From sequence record NC_010821.1: a stretch of DNA of 64,000 nucleotides; one strand, given 5' to 3'. The notes under the pieces are model-generated. The model made no database searches, was not told the DNA's origin, and saw only the letters and a program-made list of their open reading frames with translations. A program made the position numbers and the translations under genes. Positions within the stretch are counted from its first letter, which is position 1. Each line of letters begins with the position of its first letter. This document shows positions 47,020-54,630 of the stretch, piece by piece.

Positions 47020-47534
47020 CCCATGTCGTTGCAGATAATGACGCCATCAAAGCCAATGTTAGTCAGCCAGTTATAGAACTTCTCTTTACGCACTGCTTTA
47101 AAGAAGGCCACCGAATTCTGAATGTAAATTCTATTAATGGTGATATTGAAGAAATCGTAATCTTGGCGAACGAATTCAGATATCTCCATCTGTGTTAACA
47201 CTCGCCTTACCACACTTAGCGGTAAGCTGGTATTATCCCCGGTTGAGCCGATCGGAACGTATTCACGGTTAAATGTAAAGCTATTGCGAAAGGTCTCACG
47301 AACACTTTGGTTAGGGGTGATTAGGATAGCATCGTCGTACTTAAGGAAATCTTGATGCATCCAGTACGCAGCACCACATTGCCTAGGTGCACGATAACCT
47401 ACTGTTTTAAAATCTTTAAGCCATGTAGCTTGATCATGTTCCAACCCGAAGTGTGCTTTCAATTCAGTGTGGGTCGTTGCTTTCTCAATCATGCCATCAA
47501 TGAAGCTTTGAATAGCCTCTATATGTGGATACAT
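47016..47534 (-). CDS. degenerate P-loop NTPase-like protein (RQCG motif), paralog of 39963
   Basis: FKTVGYRAPRQCGAA...AILITP...KFYNWL..GVII. Confidence 0.55.
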   Translation of the reverse strand: MYPHIEAIQSFIDGMIEKATTHTELKAHFGLEHDQATWLKDFKTVGYRAPRQCGAAYWMHQDFLKYDDAILITPNQSVRETFRNSFTFNREYVPIGSTGDNTSLPLSVVRRVLTQMEISEFVRQDYDFFNITINRIYIQNSVAFFKAVRKEKFYNWLTNIGFDGVIICNDMG

Positions 47535-47551
47535 TGTTATTACCTCTTAGT

Positions 47552-47577
47552 CGAAATAAATCCTGCCCGAAGGCAGG
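47552..47577 (-). terminator. terminator after tRNA-Leu
   Basis: TCCTGCC-TTCG-GGCAGGA-TTTATTTCG on the minus strand. Confidence 0.7.
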
Positions 47578-47588
47578 ACTATTAGAAT

Positions 47589-47675
47589 TGGTGCCGGTGG
47601 TGGGCCTCGATCCCACAATCCCTTACGGGCGGCGGATTTTAAGTCCGCTATCTATACCAATTCGATCACACCGGC
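47589..47675 (-). tRNA. trnL: tRNA-Leu(TAA), 87 nt, encoded CCA, atypical T loop
   Basis: GCCGGTG/CACCGGC acceptor stem, GCGGA-CTTAAAA-TCCGC anticodon arm, long variable arm, GTGGG-ATCGAGG-CCCAC, ACCA end. Confidence 0.92.
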
Positions 47676-47795
47676 GGGTAGCACTGACGAATCAGTGCGA
47701 CGGACTATACTGGTCCGTTGCAGCTCAGTTACCATGAGTAGGCTATCACGGAGTGTAATTACTCATATAGTATTACACTCCTGGTATTCTTTTAC

Positions 47796-48416
47796 TTAGG
47801 GGGTTACCAGCTCGCCCCATTTAGGATCAAAGGCAATCAACTCGTCACGACTGAGTTCACGCATCCGCCAAGCTTGGATGGAATCAAACTTGATTGTGTT
47901 ATCGTGACAGGAGTACATGTATCCTTGAATTCGGTGACCGTCGGTAGTATAGCCAGTGGTTTCAATTGGGCACACGAATACGTTACCGCGTGCACCTTGC
48001 TTGAACGTGTAGTCCTTTAGTCCGTAAACACGTACATTGATTCCTTCACTGACCGTACTTGAGCGACCAGTGGGCCATATGGCATTTTCATAGTAATCAA
48101 CTTGAGCAATGGTAGCGGGCAGCAGTTTACGGAGTTCATATTCAAACTCTATCTTCAGCTTGATGTTATTCAGTGCATCGAATACGACTTGATCAAATAC
48201 ATAGAAGCCTTCATGGGTGTGTCCTTCGCCTCTATGTACGATGAAACCGTGTTCGCGTTCACCTACGTGAATCGGGTATTGCTCCGTAGATTCCTTAATA
48301 GCCCAATCACTGACGTATTCTATTGATTCTACGACTGTTAGAGTCTTACCAGATTGGTGAGTGACCGTGATTGGACCGTGTTGGTCGATGTACGTGCGGA
48401 TGATGTTGTCATTCAT
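47796..48416 (-). CDS. hypothetical protein
   Basis: ATG 48416 chosen (track uses TTG 48464); ~206 aa. Confidence 0.7.
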   Translation of the reverse strand: MNDNIIRTYIDQHGPITVTHQSGKTLTVVESIEYVSDWAIKESTEQYPIHVGEREHGFIVHRGEGHTHEGFYVFDQVVFDALNNIKLKIEFEYELRKLLPATIAQVDYYENAIWPTGRSSTVSEGINVRVYGLKDYTFKQGARGNVFVCPIETTGYTTDGHRIQGYMYSCHDNTIKFDSIQAWRMRELSRDELIAFDPKWGELVTP

Positions 48417-48487
48417 TTTTAATTGCCTTTGATATTGGACATCGTCTTGGTGACGTGCCTTCAATAAATTAATATAGCTAGTATTAT

Positions 48488-49066
48488 TTAACCGTTGAAC
48501 TTACGAGCTTCGGTTTCATTATCGTAGAGTGTGCAACCCCAGTTAGACCAGAGTCCGGTGTTAGGGTTGTAACGCCACTCTTTGGTTTTGTGTTCGCCGA
48601 GTTGTTCTTTAAGGTTTTTCACGGCTTCATTAAAGCTATAGCCTACACCTTTACCCAACAGGTGGGCTTTAGCGTCTTCACCCGTTGCGCGATAACCTTC
48701 CATCCATACTTCGAACTCACGTAGTTTCAATACCGTACCACGTTGCTCCTTCAGGACTTGCATAACTTGTTCGAAGTCGTCATAACCCAATGCGGTTAAA
48801 TCGCGCATCAATGCACGTTGCGCGTCACCATCTTTCAGATGTTCCACCAGATCCTCGTCAACGATCATCAGACCGCCTAATGCAATGATGTTAGCTAACT
48901 GTTGTACTTTCATCCACTCGCCCTTAGGATCGACTACAGGTTCTCCTGAAGGTGGGGGTGCATGACGGTCTAAGATGATACCGATTGGTTTGATGGTGTA
49001 TCGAGTTAGACGTTTAAACACATTAGTGTGGTCTAGGTTAACTTCGGTTGTAAATTCTTGTGTCAT
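48488..49066 (-). CDS. hypothetical phage protein
   Basis: 192 aa; C-terminal FEVWMEGY...WGCTLYDNETEARKFNG motif I recognise from other phages. Confidence 0.7.
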   Translation of the reverse strand: MTQEFTTEVNLDHTNVFKRLTRYTIKPIGIILDRHAPPPSGEPVVDPKGEWMKVQQLANIIALGGLMIVDEDLVEHLKDGDAQRALMRDLTALGYDDFEQVMQVLKEQRGTVLKLREFEVWMEGYRATGEDAKAHLLGKGVGYSFNEAVKNLKEQLGEHKTKEWRYNPNTGLWSNWGCTLYDNETEARKFNG

Positions 49067-49075
49067 TTTAGTTAC

Positions 49076-49405
49076 TCAGTGAATTACGTCAATGCCATGG
49101 GTATGACACATGCACGTACATAGGTCGGATTCCTTCCCGTCTAGTAATAGGAAGGATTGTTGTGGCCATCGTTGCTCACGACTGTAGATCCATTTAGCCA
49201 TATCAGACTCACGGTCTTCGCGGACTTCTACAATAGCACTTAAGCCGAATAACTCCCGGATGGTTTCCATATTGACTGCACCCGGAGAAGTTTGATATTT
49301 TGCATAGGTTCTTTCACAGCAGGGTTGGCACATGGTCACCTCACAGTGTGCATCGACGGTTAAGTAGTTCTTCTGTAACTTCTTCTGCCTTGAGTTGTGC
49401 TGCAA
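49076..49405 (-). CDS. Cys-rich protein, probably Zn-binding
   Basis: CQPCC and LCTCMCH. Confidence 0.6.
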   Translation of the reverse strand: MQHNSRQKKLQKNYLTVDAHCEVTMCQPCCERTYAKYQTSPGAVNMETIRELFGLSAIVEVREDRESDMAKWIYSREQRWPQQSFLLLDGKESDLCTCMCHTHGIDVIH

Positions 49406-49523
49406 TCCGACGGTCGGTTGCAGCTAGTCGTTCCTGAGTCTTACGTAAGCGCTCAGCCCGTTCCTCAGGGGTTTCCTTAGAACGACGATAATCAATTAGA
49501 TCTTGAATAGATTGAAGGCTCAT
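49341..49523 (-). CDS. small charged helical protein
   Basis: ends EEVTEELLNRRCTL*; ATGA-coupled to its upstream paralog. Confidence 0.6.
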   Translation of the reverse strand: MSLQSIQDLIDYRRSKETPEERAERLRKTQERLAATDRRIAAQLKAEEVTEELLNRRCTL

Positions 49524-49693
49524 AAATCGACCACTCGGTTTAGCATTTCTGGCGTTACTTTTTGTGCTTCAGCTTTTCGCTTCAGAATAATTGTCATTAT
49601 CCTAGTCCTAGCTCGTGCCTTACGTAAGAATTCCTCGTGGGAACTGTACCCCATTACTTTCCAACAACTTGGTTCGCGTTCCTGAGTCGACAT
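49520..49693 (-). CDS. small basic protein (57 aa, not in ORF track), paralog of 49341
   Basis: GGAG SD; MSTQEREPSCWKV...QKVTPEMLNRVVDL*. Confidence 0.6.
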   Translation of the reverse strand: MSTQEREPSCWKVMGYSSHEEFLRKARARTRIMTIILKRKAEAQKVTPEMLNRVVDL

Positions 49694-49742
49694 AGTCTTA
49701 ACTCCGATTTATTAGTTATAATAAGTGCACTCCAGTAAAATA

Positions 49743-49770
49743 CGGCATAAGGAAACCCCTGAGGGTTTCC
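49743..49770 (-). terminator. hairpin terminator
   Basis: GGAAACCC-TCAG-GGGTTTCC-TTATGCCG. Confidence 0.75.
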
Positions 49771-49960
49771 AAATACCACACGGTCCCACTAGGCAGCTTC
49801 AGTATGCGATGGAAGGACTTCAAGTGTTATGCTACAACGCTCTCTCCGGCAACTACGGGTCTTTTCCCTCAATCCGTGAGGCCCAGGGTCTTCTCACGCT
49901 TACGAGGCGCTGGCACTATCGTAATTTGCATGAGCGTTGTATTCCCGTGCACAGGAATTC
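49771..49960 (-). ncRNA. candidate structured RNA downstream of the tRNA-like gene
   Basis: 10-bp long-range stem 49932-49941/49833-49842 with nested stems; U:G pairs favour the minus strand; no credible ORF. Confidence 0.4.
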
Positions 49961-50070
49961 TAGCGTTGCTTGGCTATCAAAGCCAGTTGTCTAGCAAGTA
50001 ATACATCACGTAAGCGATCACGTTTCTCACATTCTTTTACAGGTGTGTCTTTGGTATCGTTCACAGTCAT
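49960..50070 (-). CDS. possible 36-aa peptide
   Basis: GAAGG SD; MTVNDTKDTPVKECEKRDRLRDVLLARQLALIAKQR*. Confidence 0.3.
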   Translation of the reverse strand: MTVNDTKDTPVKECEKRDRLRDVLLARQLALIAKQR

Positions 50071-50091
50071 TACCTTCAGTTCATATATAAT

Positions 50092-50183
50092 TGGAGTACC
50101 CGACATGATTCGAACATGTAACCTCCTGAGATCGGCACGTAGCTTATGATCTTGGGACTCTATCCAATTGAGATTACGGGCAC
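50092..50183 (-). tRNA. tRNA-like gene (Arg-type body) with expanded anticodon arm; pseudo-tRNA or functional mimic
   Basis: GTGCCCG/CGGGTAC acceptor + TCCA; ACATG-TTCGAAT-CATGT T arm; D loop AATTGGATA; 31-nt anticodon region instead of 17. Confidence 0.75.
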
Positions 50184-50213
50184 CTCTACATATAGTACTA
50201 AAGCTAGTATTGT

Positions 50214-50927
50214 TTAACCGCTAACGTATTCTAAAACTGGGCGCCAGCCCCTGATACGATCGCTGTTCGCTACACCACTAAATGGATATATTCCACGAAC
50301 GTTACTGTTGCCATTACCTCGGGCAATTTGCAATCCAGTTGACGTAGTTTCTTGAATGATGGCGCTTACACCGTCAGATGTAGTTGGGGCTAACCCGAGG
50401 TCGCCGATACTGTAGCTGGCGAGGGCAGGTCCCTCTAAAGCTGCGGCTCCAACCACGGTGGACATTAAACCATACATCAGTTTGTTCCATTCTGTGCCAT
50501 TCCCATATGGGATGCCATCGTCAACGTTTGCGCTTCCAGGATATGGGTTAACGTTACATGCATTTATTAATCGCACTCGATATACCTTACCTAAAATCGT
50601 GATAAGTTTATTTTGTGCTGCTGTGACAATACCTAAGTTATTCATTGTTGCCCATGGTAGGTTAGCACGGGCTGCGCGTTTAGGCATATATTGGACATTC
50701 CCGTTATACGCCATTTTAAGCCATCCCTCGGTAGGATATGGGTTAGTACCAGTTGTGATACCCACCGCTGTAGCCAAGGCCGCGTAGGTGATAAACTCAC
50801 TTGAACTTACCTCACCGAAGAATCCAATAGTCGAGTTCCCTGTTTTAAGTGATTGAGGGCCTGGTAATCCTTCTGGCCAATTACCGCCGCTCGAGGAGCC
50901 GCCAGTAGTCATTAGTAAGTCGATCAT
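50214..50927 (-). CDS. virion structural protein, phiKZ gp131-like family (C-type-lectin-like C-terminus)
   Basis: PGP..L..G...GFFGEV, GWLK, YRVRLI, EWNKLMY, RGWRPVLE. Confidence 0.75.
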   Translation of the reverse strand: MIDLLMTTGGSSSGGNWPEGLPGPQSLKTGNSTIGFFGEVSSSEFITYAALATAVGITTGTNPYPTEGWLKMAYNGNVQYMPKRAARANLPWATMNNLGIVTAAQNKLITILGKVYRVRLINACNVNPYPGSANVDDGIPYGNGTEWNKLMYGLMSTVVGAAALEGPALASYSIGDLGLAPTTSDGVSAIIQETTSTGLQIARGNGNSNVRGIYPFSGVANSDRIRGWRPVLEYVSG

Positions 50928-50960
50928 TTTAGTAATCCTGAATAAATACATAGAATAGCA

Positions 50961-50990
50961 CGTCATAAGACCTCCCCTTTCGGGGAGACC
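50961..50990 (-). terminator. hairpin terminator
   Basis: CTCCCC-GAAA-GGGGAG then GTCTTATGACG on the minus strand. Confidence 0.6.
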
Positions 50991-50995
50991 TATAT

Positions 50996-51208
50996 TTAAC
51001 GACAGTGTCTCGACATTGGATCAACTACGGCTGCAACACATGGTTGATATGGGATACCCAACTCGATACATTTTTCACGGAGGGTAGTATCCGCAGCAAT
51101 AGCGGCTTTGATTAGCTCCATCGAACGCTTCTGTTGTGCCCGACGTTCTTCGATGGGGGTGTTGTTTACCACTTCACGCAGTTTGGTGATATTCAGTACA
51201 GGGATCAT
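50996..51208 (-). CDS. hypothetical protein
   Basis: 70-aa ORF adjacent to the upstream stop. Confidence 0.6.
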   Translation of the reverse strand: MIPVLNITKLREVVNNTPIEERRAQQKRSMELIKAAIAADTTLREKCIELGIPYQPCVAAVVDPMSRHCR

Positions 51209-51209
51209 A

Positions 51210-52055
51210 TTAACCTACGAAAACGATACGGGTATTAATGCGACCGAGCTTAGCGAACAGTCGATAGAGTTTGGTAAGGTTCAGTTGGTCCGAAGTAAGA
51301 TAACGATGCGCATTGAAGATTACCAGCAGATTGAAATTACGCTGGAACTCTGGGATCTGGATAAGCTCACGTGCGAGATACTTAGATTCCATCAACCACT
51401 TGGATGGTTCTACAACGTCAGACGTATACGCACAATCGTCATCAAGATCAGGCAACGCTACAATGTCACCACCTGAGGCGTTGAAGAAGTCAATTACCTT
51501 ACGTGGACTCATACGGTAGTCTTCGCACAAACCTTCCTCGATCACGGTTTGAGTTCTGTGTGCAAGACCCATGAGTTTGTTAAGTGCCGGGGTTTCTACT
51601 TTATCAGGTTCGAGATAGTTGGATGCGTCCAACATCACTACTTCATCAGGCTTCAAAGCGTTAATGTGTTTACGGATATTTACCATTTGATCACGGGTGA
51701 ATTCACCTGCAATAAAAGAGGCGTTAGAGCGGATCTCTTGCCATGTAGGCTCTACATCAAGGTAGGCTACATCAACTGGCCCTTCGTAACAATCAAATGC
51801 TTGGATAGCCAGATGTGCAATGACTTCTGCTGCCGTAGATGTGCGGTCTATACCTCTTGCTTGGATGCCATAATCATCTGGATCAGATTGTTCAAAGTAA
51901 TGGTGAATCGCGTCAATGGAGTGGAGGTAACTGGTATCGAATATACGTGCACCATCCGCATAACTAAGTGTGCCTTCGATATAAGATGTTGGATCGTATT
52001 TTACAGGCGTAATGTCTGGTGCGCAATCAGCGCTCTTTTCAGCTATTGTACTCAT
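51210..52055 (-). CDS. possible degenerate RecA/DnaB-fold protein
   Basis: strand-helix order GIQARGIDRTST (no GKT), VAYLDVE, VVMLDASNYL, LMGLAHRTQTVI. Confidence 0.35.
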   Translation of the reverse strand: MSTIAEKSADCAPDITPVKYDPTSYIEGTLSYADGARIFDTSYLHSIDAIHHYFEQSDPDDYGIQARGIDRTSTAAEVIAHLAIQAFDCYEGPVDVAYLDVEPTWQEIRSNASFIAGEFTRDQMVNIRKHINALKPDEVVMLDASNYLEPDKVETPALNKLMGLAHRTQTVIEEGLCEDYRMSPRKVIDFFNASGGDIVALPDLDDDCAYTSDVVEPSKWLMESKYLARELIQIPEFQRNFNLLVIFNAHRYLTSDQLNLTKLYRLFAKLGRINTRIVFVG

Positions 52056-52252
52056 TTCTGTATCCTATTCCCTTCAGGGATGTGGTGTCAGTTATGTAGC
52101 GAAACTGCTACACATGGTACCCACTGTAGTATTTTTACGTCATAAAACCCACAACCTAGTTAGACTAAGCTGTGGGTTTCACGAAGACTTACTAAAAAAT
52201 CAAGTAATTCAAGGTGTTACATATAATTGCTTATTTTGCGGGGACTTTATGA

Positions 52253-54559
52253 TCATGAATCTTTAACTGATTTTTCGATCAATTGGAATACTGCCATGAT
52301 GTAGGGCTGGAGTTTATGGAACTCAACGCCAACTCTACGCAAGTCATAGGTACGCTCCATTGCTTTCTCATATAGATCTGCAAACTTAGGATCTTTAACC
52401 TGATTATACATCTCGCTGTAGTTGGACTTACCTACGTATTTCCAATCCATCCAAGCCGGGGTGTTAATAAAATTATCATTCCAGCGTTTAACGAAGGTTA
52501 GGTCTGCTCCCAGTGTATCGAACAGCGCGTGCAGCGTTTTAGCTTTAGCAACAACCTCTTCGGGGGTCAGTGTCTTAACTTCTCCAGGTTGTGGTTTCGC
52601 TTTAGGTATTTCAACCTCAGGTGCTTTCAGTTGACGAGTGGCCTTCATTATAGTAATGGCTTTCTCGACGTTAGCTGAATTATCGAGCTGCTTACGTTTG
52701 ATCATATCCATAACCGTTTCCATGTTATTGAATGCCTGTTCCGCTACCTTGTGATGTTCCACTCGGTTGGCTTGACAAGCCTTAATAAACTCTGGAACAA
52801 CAGTATCATACTCACTCAACAAGTTAGCACCATCTACAGTGACCGTCGCCTTATCTGCTTGGCCATGGGTTTTTACCCAATTGAGGTTAGTGTACTTCTT
52901 AACTTCTTCCTGAAGTGACTGTAGGAATCCCTTACCTACGGTATCGTAAATCGCGGTATCCTTACCCTTCGTGAAGAACTTTTTTATTGAGCTAAGTAGG
53001 TCTTCCGTAGATGGTACTGTAGGCATAGACTCATAGTTCTCAATCGATACCTGTACCACTGGTTGGAACGTTTCCAATCCAACGGTCATTATTTTACGGG
53101 CTACTGGATCTAGCCCATCTGGGCCTGCCAGTTCAATTTGTTGTTTATATCGGTTTAATGTCTGGCACATATAGTCTTTACCCTGTCTTTGTTTATAGTT
53201 TTCACCACTGATAATTGAATCTCCTTTAATAGACACATCCAAATACCTTACCAACCCAACAATAGCGTCCCAGTAAATACGGTTTGCAATCATCCCACTG
53301 CTGTGCGTTGTACCAGTAGTATTAGGACTTAAGATATCCCAGATCAGGGAGTACCAGTCACCGTAAGGCACTTTACCGTAGTCTTTAGGTTCCATGGTGT
53401 AGACCATATCATGCATGACGTCGGGCCAATTATCTGGTGCACCAGTCATGTTCGTCTTGAACTCATCAATCGAACGTTGTACATCAGAGGCTACTTGAAG
53501 TGCACCCGCCTCGTCAAGCGCGGGGATTGGTCGATCATCGACAGTGTATACAAAATCCACCCGTTTCGGATTTTCATGTTTTACACCGTTGCCCACGATA
53601 GGTTTTGTAGGATATTTAATATCATGGTTTTCCATTGGGATCTTATCTACCAAAGCTCTGGCTTCGGCGTAGACCTCCGGTGAAAGCTTTCGCGAATTCT
53701 TAATCAATAGGTCTGCTGCGGGTTTGGTCTTCTGACGCCAACTGTCCGTAACGGATTTAACTTTTGCGCGAGTGGCGAGGAATGCATCCAGTTGCTTCTT
53801 AGCACCAGCAATATCGACCTTACCGTCTTTACCAATATACTTAAGTACGCTTTTCCCACTCACATCACCTTTGATGTAAGTCTGGTCTTTTAGCCAGGCG
53901 GGCCGAATTATATCTCGCTCAATATGCTGGATTATACTCCAACCAAATGTGTTGTCAATAAACAGCTTCTGCGCGGATTTATTTGACATCCCGAAGAATT
54001 TCTTTACATCGGCAATCAACCCCTCATTACTGATAGTGTTGCTCATCATGGTATTCCTAAATGATTGTAGGAGTTGGAGTCGACGATAACCTTCAGGGTT
54101 ATAGTGTTCCATACCCGGTTTAATTGTAATGGTACCTTTATAGTTACGACCAGCATAGTTGGCCTGAACTATTCGGGTGATGTAAGAGTTAAGTCCTTTT
54201 CCAGCCATGGCTAGTCGACGCATGTAATCGAGTTGTTCTCGTTCAGTAGACTTCAACGTATACAGATAGCGTGAACCATCTGAGAACATTACTACCAGCC
54301 AGTCTTCGCCATGATCATAACCACGGATACTGGAGTTACCTCCAATGTTGGCATACTCGAATGTATGTCGATGGACTTCCAATAGTTCTGCTAAAGCTGT
54401 TGGTGTAACACCTAGCTCTTCGGTGAGCTCTTCGTCCACCTCAGGCCAGAATGTTGTGCTAACATCATCCCAGTACTGCTTAACTGTATCGAATGCATCC
54501 TCATTAGAGACGCTTGGTCGATAAGTGAGCTTGTGAATCAGTCGTTCTAATCTTTTCAT
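52253..54559 (-). CDS. phiKZ-type internal head protein with S-x-E cleavage sites and an embedded KTSC-like domain
   Basis: VSNE, ISNE-GLIADVKKFF, VSIE, PSTE-DLLSSIKKFF; NSSIRGYDHGEDWLVVMFSDGSRYLYT...LAMAGKGLNSYI. Confidence 0.65.
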   Translation of the reverse strand: MKRLERLIHKLTYRPSVSNEDAFDTVKQYWDDVSTTFWPEVDEELTEELGVTPTALAELLEVHRHTFEYANIGGNSSIRGYDHGEDWLVVMFSDGSRYLYTLKSTEREQLDYMRRLAMAGKGLNSYITRIVQANYAGRNYKGTITIKPGMEHYNPEGYRRLQLLQSFRNTMMSNTISNEGLIADVKKFFGMSNKSAQKLFIDNTFGWSIIQHIERDIIRPAWLKDQTYIKGDVSGKSVLKYIGKDGKVDIAGAKKQLDAFLATRAKVKSVTDSWRQKTKPAADLLIKNSRKLSPEVYAEARALVDKIPMENHDIKYPTKPIVGNGVKHENPKRVDFVYTVDDRPIPALDEAGALQVASDVQRSIDEFKTNMTGAPDNWPDVMHDMVYTMEPKDYGKVPYGDWYSLIWDILSPNTTGTTHSSGMIANRIYWDAIVGLVRYLDVSIKGDSIISGENYKQRQGKDYMCQTLNRYKQQIELAGPDGLDPVARKIMTVGLETFQPVVQVSIENYESMPTVPSTEDLLSSIKKFFTKGKDTAIYDTVGKGFLQSLQEEVKKYTNLNWVKTHGQADKATVTVDGANLLSEYDTVVPEFIKACQANRVEHHKVAEQAFNNMETVMDMIKRKQLDNSANVEKAITIMKATRQLKAPEVEIPKAKPQPGEVKTLTPEEVVAKAKTLHALFDTLGADLTFVKRWNDNFINTPAWMDWKYVGKSNYSEMYNQVKDPKFADLYEKAMERTYDLRRVGVEFHKLQPYIMAVFQLIEKSVKDS

Positions 54560-54630
54560 AATATACTCAATATGGCGTTGAGATGACCTATGCTATATAC
54601 AATGTTTTTAAAGCCCACAGGTAAAGTAAA

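Noticed and set aside
50092-50183. Two-piece tmRNA (because of G3:U70 and a nearby ...LALIA peptide)
   Set aside because: The tRNA-like domain is contiguous with a D stem and U73, and the peptide ends in KQR rather than an ssrA-like ALAA; the resemblance is probably coincidental.
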